Below are positions 1-13,098 of a stretch of DNA of 64,000 bases, piece after piece (position 1 is the first letter of the stretch; each line of letters opens with the position of its first letter). Both the position numbers and the translations under genes were made by a program. The notes under the pieces were generated by a model. It did no database searches, had not been told where the DNA came from, and saw only the letters and a program-made list of their open reading frames with translations. This stretch comes from Oikopleura dioica (Eukaryota; Animalia; Chordata). Location: NCBI GenBank assembly GCA_907165135.1, contig OU015566.1, positions 7,936,001 to 8,000,000 of the forward strand, in the 5' to 3' direction.

Positions 1-2339
1 TTCAGCCCTTGGCCTAGGCCGAGCCAGAAAAACTGAAAAGCGGGATTATGTCAAGGTGAAGTGCTGATCGTTTTTATACTTGCCTCAGCTTATCGTGATA
101 TTCTAGCGGCGGTGCGGAAATTGTCCGCGGCGAGATTTTGTCGGGAGCGGATAAAGAACCGACGACGCAGATACTGTCCGTGGTCCCCACTGATAAGCTA
201 CTCCTGACGTGGTTATCAGAAAGCTTCTGACTCGAATGTTCAAGCTTCCAGATAGGTGACTAACAATTTGAGCGAACAGGGCGGGGATGGCGATTTTTCG
301 TCTGGATTTGATTAGGCCCGAAAAGGAGGGGATTCCAACCCTGATTTCCAGCGCATTATTTGATTGTTTCAAAGGAAGAAAATCCTAAGTAAGCTTATGC
401 AAGAAGATTGACCAAGCAAAAAGGACCAAGGTCAAGCAAAACGAATCTTCTAAAGGCAATCTTCCGCGAAGCAAAAAACTTTCGCCACTTTGAGTTTTGA
501 GTTTTGGCGAGCTGCGATGATAACCCCTGTGCGGTGGCCAAGTGCTGAGGCGATTAAAAATCCTCTGATGTGGAAGGTCACTAATTAAAGAAAACATTTG
601 TTTTTGGCGGTTCTTCCGAATCAAGCGCTTTCGCGAAAAAAAATACACGTACCTCTAATGGACAAGTGCAGATTTGTTCGCTGCGGCAGAAATGAAAGTG
701 CAAATTGACAACTTCCGAGAAAATGTGTTTTTATTTCAAATCCCAGGATTAGACGATTTTAAAGACAGTCATTATAAAGAGGTCTTGTCTCATCCTCAAC
801 CCTAACCCTAACCTTTCCTTTACTAAGTGGGGGGGATGATCCATTTTCGAATTTGAACTTCCTTGACACGAGAAAACGACCGTCAGGTTAGAACCGTAGT
901 TCGCTTATGTTCCGGATTAGCGTACTGATTCACACTGGCCACCTTTTTGGCTCAAGAGGGATCATCCAAATTCCACGGACTAGCCATGGTCACGTCTTCT
1001 TTTATTTCTTTTTAGAGCCTTTTCCAAGCGCTTGATAAGCTACTATCTTATACGTAAAGATACGGCCGGTGTTAAGACAATACGATATAGATGGCTGCGC
1101 AGTGACCGCGGAGGATAAATATTCACTTCTACAGCACTAGAATAGTTGACCACTAATCAAGCTTTCTTGCAGTTAAGTTACATGCGATCCTTACCCCAAA
1201 AAATATCATAAATTGAAAGATAGTCTAGTTTAGCAAGCTTTTTAGTGAGGGGTGGTCTTATTATGAGAACCAATTGTAGGATTTTCCTTCACTTCGAAAT
1301 TATAGATTGTTTATAAATGTCGGATTACTGGGAGGGCTACTCTGGATCAGCGGAAATGCAAATGTTTGACATGCACCTTGCCGGTCCAGAAGCAGACGCG
1401 GAATGCACGAGACGGTTAAATTATTCTCCCGTGGATTAAACACTCTTGTGCTCGGCATAAATACTCACGCTTGGTCTGTTCTTTCACTCCTCCTTATTTA
1501 ACCCGTTACGGCGGGCGTGGTACTGATTGTGATTAGAGTTGTCTCACTTCCTAGTCATATTTATCGGAAAGCCTGTTTTAGCAACAAAACCCACTCGTTT
1601 CCGAAACATTGACAAAACAGATAAGAATGAAAAAAGGGCCCTTGGCTGTTTTCAGTTCTGCGGACACAGGTTAAGCTCTTCAACAGCCTCAGTTGAAAAG
1701 AGATAAGCAGCCCTTTTTTATGCCCGCCCTGGCCGAACGTAAATAGACAAAAATTCCTTGAACAGAGCATTTTTTGCGAAATTCTTAAGATTGATTTTGA
1801 ACGGTATTAAATTTGGCTGTATTAACCTGTTTCGTCTCATTTGCCTCATTTCAACTTCCTGCGTTATGAATAATCGCTTTATCCTAATGTGGCATTAATA
1901 TTCTCGTGACGCGTCGATTCTTGAATGCGAATTTAGCAGTAGCAGGGGATGGGAGCTGTCCAACTGCGGAAATCGCGAAATCGCCGATTGAACGCGCAAT
2001 GAAGTAATTTCGAGCGAAACAATTCGAAAATTATAAATTATAAAAACCGCTTATCGTCTGGCAGAACCGGCAGCAGGAGCAGTGAATGGTTAGACTTTAT
2101 CGTTTTGATTGCACCCTTTTGTACTCAGAAGTTGCGGTTGGTCTGCTTTTCCAGCGTCTGGGACCATTTAAGGGCCCGCAAATGACAGTAACTTTCCGAT
2201 AGAGTCACTTTTAACGATTCTTTTTGAAAGAAAAGTGTTCAAAGGGTGGAGTTCCTTCATGATTTCACTGAAAAATCAGCTCAAAATGTGCAATTCTTTG
2301 AAAATCCTTAAACTATCACTTTGTAGCCCTAGACTTTTC

Positions 2340-5300
2340 TTTTGGGGAGCACATTCCTGGCGCGGAGAACAGTGCACGGACTGACAAGTGGAACTGAACA
2401 TTTTTGGTTAATTGAGGCCCTTTTTGAATAACACCCAAAATACTCCCTTTTGATCGAGCACTGGCACTCAACGTGCCCGAGCACGCGCCGTTTTCTGTTA
2501 CAAAAAGCGGACCAGTTTTAATTTCAGAATTGACGAAATGAGAAAAGCCTCGTTACAAACGAGCACTTACCGAAATTCCCCGTTTCTGGGTTCAGCTTTA
2601 GTCCAACGCAGCTTGCTTTTTCGTCATCTGAAAACAAAATAGTGATCTTTTAATCGTTTAATTTCGTTTCAGCCCTTAATCTGTGCAAAGGGTGTCTTGC
2701 TAGTACAACTAAAAATTGAGTCATTGTTAACGAGAGACAAAGCTTCTAATTAATTAACCCGTCGCCGCAGTTTAAAACTGGTTGTTTTGACAAGAATCTA
2801 ATTACAACAATACACCCAAATCCTAACTGTCCCGTGTTGTTACTTGTTGCGCAGTAATTATCGTAAAAACACTCTCCGGAGCAGATAATAAAAAAAGAGC
2901 AAATCAAAACCAAGCCGCCTACGCATTTGCACCGAACCGGTAGTTTCGCTTTTGCTTTCCGAATTTTATTTCCTAACTTGATCATCACCCTTGGCCACTC
3001 GCACCGGTAACGCTATTATCTTCAGTTATAAAATTGATTTTCCAGCTCCGTCTAAATTTTCGCCTCCGTTGTGGATTTTTGATCATTTCTGATCGGTAGA
3101 TTTAATTGGGTAGAAAGTCGACCGAGCAGCAACACATTAGGCTCGGGATTATGTGATTAGTGATCGAGATTACATAGCCGATTAGCGAACGTTATGTAGT
3201 AACTGTTTGAAAACACCGTAGCGTCCGCGTGGTTGTCTTCCGCAAATTACGATTATGAAAGTTTATTTGGTATAATTTCTATTCAAATAATTATACCGCG
3301 CGATTCTTTCCCGCGTTAATTATAACTGAGGCGTGTAAAATCGACTGTATTTTTTATTTTAACAGAGATTGAAGCTGGAAGCACTGGCTGTGCCAGTCTC
3401 CAGCTCGTCGATTCAAATCGTATAAGTAAAAGGAGCTGATAGTATGCAGCGTGGCGGCTAATTCGTCCAATTCAATCAAGCCGTGCGCGGCGACTTATGC
3501 CGAGCTCATATGACTACCCACCGCGTGTTACACCACAGTCACTCGTTTTCTTTTGCACCCAGGTAGACTAGCTGAGCTTCAAAGGGCTCTCTTAATCCTT
3601 ATGATATTATTACCAACCCTGATTGACACCAGAGCCGCTAGAGAGATCATCAACAAAAGCTTTGAAAAAAGAGATGAACGCGGAAAACACGTAACTTCTC
3701 GCGCCGAAGCTGGATTATCCGCTGAGTGACCCTTTCTAAAGCTCTTCTTACCGTGTTATAAAACCCTGTTAGAAAAAGTTCTAGGCTGTGTTATCTTGAT
3801 TCCCCGAGCTCAATCGCTAATGCTGTCTACCGGCTAGCATGCTACTACTGTTTATATCCGTAAAATCAACGACTTTTATCAGACAACTTTTCGATGCCAA
3901 TTTATCTCAACGATATTAATAGACGCTAAAATTATCAATTATCATTAACCAGAAGCGACCGTGTCTGGCGGACGAAAGGGATTTAATCGAAATGCTTGGC
4001 GCCATTTCCGGTTTTGACCTTGGTTGGAACGAATTGCTTGGAAAATTGATTTTGAGCAAATCAAACTTGGATTTGAGGATTTTCGCGCGGCGGGCATCAC
4101 CATCTGAATTGAAAGAGGGAGGAGGCGACCGAGAATGAATTTATTGAGTTATGCTAGTGAGTTGGAAACGAAATTAAACGCCTAGGAAACGTGGAGGCTC
4201 CTTGGATAAAACGATTGTGGTCCAAGGACGTACTCAAGGATTTTAACCAATTGGTGACGACGCGGGTGATTTTTAGGACAAAAACTATGGTATAAGAGTT
4301 TTTTGGTTGACTCTTTCTATAAACGAGGAAGTTCATTAGTTTGTAAAAACGAAATAAAATCGGCCAAAAGTTCAAATGCTCCCCAATTCGCGGGTTTTAA
4401 TCGTGACCCAGGGAAACATACATACGGCCGACCACAAAGACGGACGTGACGATGATAATCGACTGAAATTTCCGAGTTTCAGTCAACCACAGGCATCTAT
4501 ATCTGCATACTACAAGGCCAGAAAATGACTGTTTCGAAGGAAAAGCGTAAGAAAGGACGGGACTTCAAGGGTTTTTTATTACGCCATTGAATTTCGCGCA
4601 AATGGAAATGAAATCTATCCAAATAAAAGAATTGTTCGAAGGAATCGAAAATGCGATAAGCTATTAGTTGTTACGGCTAGTTGCATTCTAACGCGTTAGG
4701 TCCTTTTTAAAGACAGATGGCGATAGCTGTTATCGACAAGCACTCGACTTGCTCAAAAATGCTTGAAACGTTGATCCGACTGGAGTGTTGCTTAGCGACT
4801 CCTTATCGCAATTGCCTTAACTGTAAATGCAAGTGTGTGTTTATGGCGTATTTTATAACGCTTCTTTAGAATGATAGAACATTCCATATTCTGCTGATTA
4901 TCGGCTAAAAGAGCAAGCATCAAGAATCACGATTTTCGACTCGAAATCAACATGAAAAAAGAACACGCGCCATCTAAAGTTGGTTATTCTCCACGCTTCT
5001 CAGCGGAATCAATAATTCTAGCGTGCGCTCCAACTCACCCTGCCATCAATAACACCTCGATCCAGCAGCACGTTTTCACTCTTTATTATTCCCTGAGCGC
5101 TGAAAAGATAGACCGAACCGGAAAGCGACAACGAATTTTCGATTGTCGGAAGTTTTCACTACCAACATAACTGAAGCAAGCAGCAACACGAGCAAGTGGA
5201 GTTGCAAATATCGAAAATATAAAATTAGCTTTTGCCAAAAATAAAGAAAAATGACGGGCAAAGTTGTGGAAATAAAAGTAAACATTAGTTAAAACATGAC

Positions 5301-8300
5301 CTCTGAAAAGAAGGAAGAGGAGGTGCTTATTAAGGAGCCACTTGATAGATGAATGAGCGTCATTCTTTCTCCAGAACAAACCCCGTAAGAATGATTGCAT
5401 AAGAAGGCGTATTCTAAGAACGATTTCTGACCCTCTCTCCGCTTAATGATGAAGCTGAGTATATAACGGTTGGTGGCGGTTTCTGACGGGTCGCACATGT
5501 CGCGTGTCATTTGGAAGAAGTTAGAAGCTCCCAGCGACACGTTCCGGCCTGCAAAGTCTTCGCCTGACTTCCGACAACTTCCAGATCTCGATTTCTGTTT
5601 ACGCATATATTATCCTATTTCTGGACGGGATGAGCCGAGGAGGGCGCGAAATTATTTTCTCGCCGACGAGCGCGTGAAAATAAAACACCCAAATCAAAGC
5701 CTAAGTGGAATAAAAACATTTAAAAAGAGAAGAAGTGAAGAATCTTGATTTCCTTTGCAAACGAAAAAAGTGCAAAGTACCTTCTCCGGAAAATAAAGAA
5801 AGAAAAAGCCTGGGAATGAGGTCTGAGTACGTCGAGAGAGGAGAGTGCTTGATCTTAGCAACTTGTGAATTTGAGATTCCAGCGAAGGAATGGAACGCAT
5901 GAGACGGGAAATCATTAGCCCTTATCGAGTTATTGATAAGAGCCAATCATACAACCGTTTACTACGCAAGGAACATGATTTCTCTACTGCTAGCTACTGT
6001 CTAAAATCTAAAAATGCTCCATAAACTTGATCATGACATTTATTCTAGAGCCTTACCGTTTTTCTTGAACCAATAATGTCTATTTCTACTTGGTAAAGCA
6101 TTCAATTATCTGTCGAGTCAAAGAAAGAGATCCTAGACTTGGGCGTGTCAAAGCCTTGGTAAACACGCGCACGAGGGTTAACCCTTCAAGTTCGTCGAAA
6201 ACCAAGTTCGCGCTATCAAAAGTATTGCATGTAGCAGGCGGTGCGATTACGCACCTCCCTGTTTTACCAAAAAATTAGAAATTATCGGAAACAAAATTTT
6301 CTCGAATCATTTTTTGCGCAAGAGCTCTTTTATCGGGCTGTTTGATCGTGTCGGCTCTGACGAGCTGAACAGCTCGTCAAAGGTTATCTCGCCAGAGAAA
6401 AAAGTACAGTTAAAAGAAGCAAAAGAATGCTTCTAAGACGAGATAGCGGAAAACCGCAGCAATGATGATTATCCCAATAAGTCGATACTTTGAAGAGAAG
6501 TAAAACCGCCGCAAAGCAGTTTAATGTCCTTTCATTATGGTCTCCCTTCTCATCACCACGTTGTTATTTTACTAACGGTAAAAAAGGCAGTTCGGAACGA
6601 TTACGACGAAGCTGGTATTGCCGCTTGCTTTTGATTAGAAATTGTTGCATTCTCTTCTATTTCAAAGTGCTCGAGAAACGATTATTGTTTAAATAATCAA
6701 GTTAAAGAAAAAGGAAAAAAAACGTACGGTGTAGAAAAAGATATCAAGAATAGAATAGAACTGATCTCGTGATCCCAAAATGGAAGGTTCTTGATAATCC
6801 CGGTCTCCATTTTCTCGAGCACCACTTTGTCGGCTCAAAAACGTGTGTTTCCTATGCGTTGATATTTATTGCTCGCCTTTTGCGTTAACCTCATAAAGCA
6901 ACAATATTTATTCAATTCTGCCCGCGCCGTTTATAAATCCCTGATCTTAAATTTAAGATTAAACAGTAGCTCCATCTCCGTCCTTTTTCCGTGCAGTGTG
7001 AGCTCACCGAAATAATTGACCAAAATGGCAAAACGTGTGAAGCCGTACAGCTTCTAAATTGCGAAAAATTGTCCGTTATCAAGGACGTAAGCACCAAAAC
7101 ACCGTATTTTCTCATCAAAAGAACAACTGTCCATTTTCCATTTTTTACCTTTTTCCGTCTTTTTCTTGGTTTGTATTTATAACTGATTTCAGCATGAAAA
7201 TTAGTCTTGTATCAAAATAGAAATTATCGATTATCAACAAGTGCAAGGTCAAAAAATTAACAACCAAGTTCCTTTTCGCAACGAACAAGATCCACGTGGC
7301 TGCAACTGGGCCTACTTGAGCAACCGGGTCCACGTGTTGTGCCTTTTTGAACGGCTCTGGTTAGACCGCAGTCTACTAAACGGTGACCCCGTTCATGTTA
7401 GTGCAAGCTGCCCGTGATCCCCACTGTAGCTCTTTTCTGCCTGTACTTGATTCGCCTGTTCGCTCGTTTGATCGGTGTGATGTGTCGATCCAGATTCCCT
7501 CACGCTCATTGATCACGTGAGAGCGTCGATCGCTTGAAAACGGGAGAGCATCAAAGGAAGAGAATCCACGAAGCAAATCAAACTCTTCGCAGAATTTCGG
7601 CGTCCAGATCCGCGCATTTCTGTCCAGTCGCTTGCATTCTTCTTCCGACTAAAAATAAAATTATGATCCAAATTTTAGACCCAGGCCAATCATCAATGAT
7701 GAAAAATATTTCACGTTTCAATTTCGAAATTGAAATTTCGAAAAATTTTGAAAAAATTGCGAAAAAAGGTTTGATGATGATCAATTAATAAAAAAATTGG
7801 AAAACCGGTTCTAAAATATTTTTATGGAAGTTTGGCATCAAGGATTTATCTCCGCGCCCGCGGTTTCGAATTACCAGTGGAAACGGGGGGTTCAATCTCG
7901 GAGATTTATCGGTAAATTTAGTAGAAAGTGAAAATCGAATGTTGATTTGATGGACCGTAAGAGCGCCAGCGGGACTTAGAAGTTATCGCTCTCTTTTGAA
8001 GAGCGCATAAATAAGGGCGACGAGAACCTTTTCTGTTTGATAGTGATAAGAAAGCAAGCGTTCTGATCTGCCCTGTTTCGGTACTTGATGAAGGGAGGGT
8101 ATAAAAAGGAGATGAACCCTTAGCTTTTTTCCGGCCACGTTTTTTTGCGCAAAATCGTGGAAATTTAAGAATTACCTGATCGTAAGAAGAGGGTGTCTTC
8201 AAAACTGCATAGCATAACTCTTCGGCGTAGAAGTTATGGAACCCTTGAGGACATGACCTTTTGGAAGGCTCCACGCGATGGGAGTGGGCTTTCGCCACCT

Positions 8301-9018
8301 AACCTGGATTTCTCAAAAATTAAATTTCCGCGAGTAAAGTTCATCCCTTTACCCTTTTGATACGCGGCTACTGTATCAATCCTTCGACCCGTTTATCCGT
8401 TCGGAAATCCGTTTCTCGTCATTTTCTCTATTTTCCGCAACTTTCAGAAAAATCAATAAAGTCAGATTCAGGCGCATTAGGAGCGCATACCTCCACTTCT
8501 CAAAACTGGACTGACTCAAAACTGGTCTAATTTATTCGAATCCTTCAAATATTCAGAAGCACTACCCTTCTTTGTCCCGCATGCTCTTGCGCTAGAATAT
8601 CTCATTTCTCAAAAGATCAGGTGCTCAGCCACATTTTTTCTTTCTTAGAAAAGCTTTATTAAGCGTCTAACGCGATATTTCGATGAACCTAATTGTCATT
8701 TTCAGCCGCCCACTAAGTTGTTGTTTTCGCCAAAATTTTACGTTTTGGGCTTAATTTTTGGTGAGCGCAGAAATGTGTTGAAAATGCGCTAATTGCGCCA
8801 CACTGACATAAAAGAACTTGTCCAACTTCTGGGCCGGCATTCCGGCATGAACAGTACACCTTCGCGGAAATGAATTCAAGTCGAAATACAGTAGCTACTC
8901 TAAACAAAACCAAAGAAGGAAGAACTACTCGTGTAATTGATAATTCAAGCGGAACAGTAGATTACAGAAATCGATAGGGAACACGTACCTGTACAAAAAA
9001 GATAAGGATCGGTTTCAT
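2340..9018 (-). CDS. Probable multi-exon secreted/membrane protein with a C-type-lectin-like domain (model partial)
   Basis: Exon 8298-8176 (VAKAH...SCPQGFHNFYAEELCYAVLKTPSSYDQ) joins in phase 0 via GT..AG to an exon starting at 7648 (SEEECKRLDRNARIWTPKFCEEFDLL...GIWID), giving a CTL-like Cys/aromatic pattern. Candidate signal-peptide exon MKPILIFFVQ at 9018. Small GT-AG-bounded Cys-containing exons at about 2880-2815, 2625-2570 and 2390-2340 may belong to the same gene; that link is unproven. Confidence 0.45.
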
Positions 9019-9658
9019 ACACCTGTAGTGAGGTATAAATGGCGCTAGAAAAATTCAAGTTTCACAAATCGGACAAAAAATGAATCAATTCCTTCATCGA
9101 ATCGAATTCGATTTTCTTCTTCCACTACTGCTTGTCGACTTTTTATTAATTCAATAATATATAACTCATAATTACTTTATTTTGATGTTGCTAAGGGAAA
9201 GGTTTGAATTTTGGTATTTTGTAAAATGTTAGCCACGTCAACTTTTCGTGAAAATGTTATGAACGTTTGAAGCAGAGTTTTTGAAGCTCGTTGGCAAAAT
9301 TCTTGATATCCGTTGAATGTTTGGTTACGTGGTGGGAAGATCGGAACGCTTGATCCAGCAAAGTTGCGCTCGTCGGGAGGAATGTCGCCGCAGGAAGCCC
9401 CAGTTCACAGAAGAGCACATCCAACCGCATGCCAAGGCGCAAAAGGCATTGCGCAAATCACAAGTCCTCTTGCAATTTCCTTCTTTAGGAGCTATAAAGA
9501 CGATGCCCATATTTAAAACTATAACATATTACACTGTACTTACAGTGTTCGACCTCAGTTAACCTTGAATTATGTAAATGTCAATCATTGCGTCGACATT
9601 TGAAAAATAATAAAAAAAAAGTATTTAAGAAGGTCTTTTTATAGCAAAAAGTTAAAAA

Positions 9659-10903
9659 ATGATCCTTCAAGGATTCTTAATCTTCAAAAATCCACAAATC
9701 AACAACCCGACTTACAGGCAATGCATTGAAGAAGCTGCCTCTAGTCTAAAAAAATGTGTGACGGCTTGTGATCCGAACAATGCTTGCTTCAATGCATGTC
9801 ATGAAAGCTTTCTTCGCACCTCTTCGAACTGCCCCTGCATGGCAAAATGTCCCGCAGGTTGTCCCTGCGAAGATGGATATAATTGTGAGCCATTTATGAC
9901 TGCAATTTGTGAGCAACGATCTGGCACCTACCCTGGGGGACAATATAAGTACATTCTTTCTCCTGATGGTCATTTTAAAGAAAACCGATTATACCACTCG
10001 CCAATTATTAATGATATTCCATATTTGGAAAAGGCAAGATATGGAATCCTGAATGGTGAGGTCTACTTCTTTGGCGGAACCAGTGATAACAAAAAGATTG
10101 CGAAACTGACTGATTGTGGAATAGAAGAACTTTCAGTTAGACTTTTGAACAACTTTTCATCCTGGGCAAGAACTGTTACTCTTCCAACAAATCCGGATGA
10201 AATTATGCTATGCTCGACCCATGCTGTGCCATATACAAAATGTGAAAATTTCGATGGCCAAATTTCACGAAACAACCCGTTTATAATGAATTATCCGCAT
10301 AAATGTGGCTGCATAGCTCTTGACAATAATTTTCCAACAATAATTGATGGAGGAGATTACACAGCTGAAGGGCCTCTTCCAATTCTTTCTAAAGTTGAGT
10401 CTCTTGGTATCAGTGGTTGGAGGGAAGAGCAAGATCATCCGTTGGAGATTCGATGTCCGGCTTGTACTTCTGTTGGTGACGGACTTATTACTATTGGAGG
10501 CCAAACAAGAGAAGAAGGTGTCGATACTTATCTGAACGATGCTTTTCTATTTAGTAATAAAGTCTGGTCTTTTGCTGGACAAATAAAACAGGTGATTTCT
10601 CCCTTCTTCTTAAAAATATCTTTTTCTTCCAGCGTGGTGGATTGTCAACTCTTCTTTTTTATGGTACACATCTTTTCAATTTTCCTGGTTGGCAAGGGTG
10701 AGTGCATTGCAAAATACGATATTACTGATTATTGTGTTTTCAGCGATTCCGTAAAAAAGGTTGAGAGAATATCATGGAATGGAACGTATGTTACTGGAAC
10801 GACTATCATCAACGAAGAAACTGGCTATTGCTACAGGCCGATTGTCTTTGAAACTCTTCCAGATGCCTGCGCAGATACTTGCGAAGAGTACTGTTTTCCG
10901 TGA
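9659..10903 (+). CDS. Cys-rich (CPCxxxCPxGCPC) plus kelch-like beta-propeller protein, lineage-expanded family
   Basis: 414-aa ORF with an N-terminal Cys cluster and repeated FFGG/IDGG/TIGG blades. Two GT-AG introns (10592-10632, 41 nt; 10698-10743, 46 nt) sum to 87 nt and flank an alternative-frame exon RGGLSTLLFYGTHLFNFPGWQG. The true start is probably in an upstream exon. Confidence 0.8.
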   Translation: MILQGFLIFKNPQINNPTYRQCIEEAASSLKKCVTACDPNNACFNACHESFLRTSSNCPCMAKCPAGCPCEDGYNCEPFMTAICEQRSGTYPGGQYKYILSPDGHFKENRLYHSPIINDIPYLEKARYGILNGEVYFFGGTSDNKKIAKLTDCGIEELSVRLLNNFSSWARTVTLPTNPDEIMLCSTHAVPYTKCENFDGQISRNNPFIMNYPHKCGCIALDNNFPTIIDGGDYTAEGPLPILSKVESLGISGWREEQDHPLEIRCPACTSVGDGLITIGGQTREEGVDTYLNDAFLFSNKVWSFAGQIKQVISPFFLKISFSSSVVDCQLFFFMVHIFSIFLVGKGECIAKYDITDYCVFSDSVKKVERISWNGTYVTGTTIINEETGYCYRPIVFETLPDACADTCEEYCFP

Positions 10904-11670
10904 ATTTTGAATAACTGAATAAATGATTCGTTTCTGATTTGAAAATCTGATTAGAGCATTATTTAATTGTCTAGCTCTAGAATCACGTGCCATGCTCTAC
11001 AACGGTCAAACACAGCACTTGACATAATCGATGCAATCACGTGTCGGGAGAGCAGAGACAAATCTGATCTTGGTGTCATAATATCAAACCCAGTTTTGTT
11101 TTCTGAAAATATATTTGATTGAAAAGCAACTAATTTGATCAAATCCGCTTGTAATTACTAATCACCGGCCACGTTTTATTAATAATAACTGGCTTTAGAA
11201 AGTGTCTTCTAGCACTTGAGGGCAATCAAAATTTTGGCAACGAAAAAGCCTAGAAAGTGGTTACCAGAAACTTATAAAAAATTGCTCGGTCGACTACGTG
11301 GTTTATAATTTAACATTTTTCGAAATTTCATGCTCCCATTAGACCTGGCTTACCGCGGATAATCCAGGCCAAGGTTTTCAAAGAAGCATCCGAGCCTCTG
11401 CTTGGCGGATTGACCACCGTGAAAGCGAGAGCCAGCCAAAAGTGGAAAGGATGACTTTTTATACTGACCGTAATTTGTCAATTACCGAGGTTGTAATCTA
11501 CTTACAAGTAAACAATTTTCATACAGTAATATGCCAATCTAAGACTAAAGTCAACAGTCAATATTAACCATCGTAAAAGCCGAGATGAAAAAAAAAATTT
11601 TATCCAATATTTGCTTCTCTATGTATTTAAGAAATTGATCACTCTCATCAGATTTTGTTGAAAAGAGAAA

Positions 11671-12393
11671 ATGAATGAGCTTTATCTAAAAGAAGAGTTC
11701 GTGACAGACTTCGGCGAATACGGAAAGTGCAAACGTTGCAATCGGTTGAACTGCTATTCATTGAATAACTTTGAAATTTCATTTTAGTATACCTGAAAGG
11801 TTCGCTACACATTACGGTGACATTTGTTGTTTTCCTTGCTTCAAAACATATCACCCCAAATGGGAAATTTGGAGTCATATTACAAAAAAGTCGACAGCAA
11901 AATTTAAATGCCCAGGAGAAGAACCTTGTCAGAAGAGAGATCTCACCTTTCAGGATCTTATTCTTGGCTCATGTTGTGAGAGTGCATCAACGTGGAATAA
12001 TCCTAAAAGTATTGAAAATGAAAGAGTAGAATTAAAATAAATTTTTCAGATGGAGAATACGAAAAAATAAGATTGGTTCAGAAATATTATGAAGAAAGCA
12101 TAGAAGAAGAGCAGAAATTAAAGAAAGATGTTGAAGATGCAAAAAATAATATCAAGAAAGCAATAAACAAAGAAAAATGTGCTCGACAAGAACTTGCTGC
12201 TGCAATCAAAGAAATAAAAGTCATGGAAGCTAGGCTGGTTGAAGCTCAAAAAATGCACAACGATGCAACCAAGCAAGCTAATAGTAGAAAACGAAAAGCA
12301 CGGATGGTTTTTCTCTTTGGTGAAATGGCGAAGTCTGAAATGTCCACGAAATGCATCAAAAAAGAAATCAACGGAGAGAACTCACAAAGTTGA
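11671..12393 (+). CDS. Degenerate RING-finger plus coiled-coil protein (3 exons)
   Basis: Spliced reading MNELYLKEEF...CKRCNR|IPERFATHYGDICCFPC...KCPGEEPC...NPK|NGEYEKIRLVQKYYEE... Two short GT-AG introns. The C-terminal exon is E/K/A-rich with coiled-coil character. AATAAA at about 12438. Confidence 0.65.
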
Positions 12394-12456
12394 TTAATTG
12401 AAGACCCAACGAGGGCTCCTGTAAGAAATCTGATCCCCAATAAAATTTGAACAAAG

Positions 12457-13098
12457 ATGATTTCAAAAAACTTTTTGTGGGGCCGGAAATCGTAAAAAAT
12501 CTGCAAGTGCAGTTTTCTTCAGCTCGTCTAGACGAGTTGAATGATGGGTCTAACTCCTGATAACTCTAAGGATTTACCGGTTTACCGGCTGGTTACCGGA
12601 AAATACGTTGTCAGCGGCCGTTTTTGTTCTAGAAGTGGTAAACAGATGATCGACCCCGGAACTTGTTTCTTATACTCAGTTCTACTGCAGGCTAAAAGAT
12701 GAAAGTCGTATCAATAGTCTGAAGAGAGTTATCATTAAAAATAGTAAATTTTACATATATTTCGTAGTTGCTGCACGTTCCTGATTTCTAGTCCCATTTT
12801 CGCCAAAAATAGTATTTTAGTGATAACTCTCTTCAGACTATTGATACGACTTTCATCTTTTAGCCTGCAGTAGAACTGAGTATAAGAAACAAGTTCCGGG
12901 GTCGATCATCTGTTTACCACTTCTAGAACAAAAACGGCCGCTGACAACGTATTTTCCGGTAACCAGCCGGTAAACCGGTAAATCCTTAGAGTTATCAGGA
13001 GTTAGACCCATCATTCAACTCGTCTCGACGAGCTGAAGAAAACTGCACTTGCAGATTTTTTACGATTTTCGGCCCCACAAAAAGTTTTTTAAAATCAT
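12457..13098. mobile_element. 642-bp foldback element / MITE with about 285-bp near-perfect inverted arms
   Basis: Arms 12457-12743 and 12813-13098 are reverse complements with only a few mismatches, around a ~70-bp spacer. Candidate 5-bp TSD CAAAG at 12452-12456 and 13099-13103. Confidence 0.85.

Noticed and set aside
800-822. CCCTAA telomere-type repeats (also TTAGGG at ~18631-18645)
   Set aside because: Only 2-3 units; too short to call an interstitial telomere or a breakage site.
2746-2988. Cys pattern suggesting an activin/TGF-beta receptor ectodomain
   Set aside because: No TM segment or kinase motifs found downstream, and part of the pattern comes from reading through an intron.
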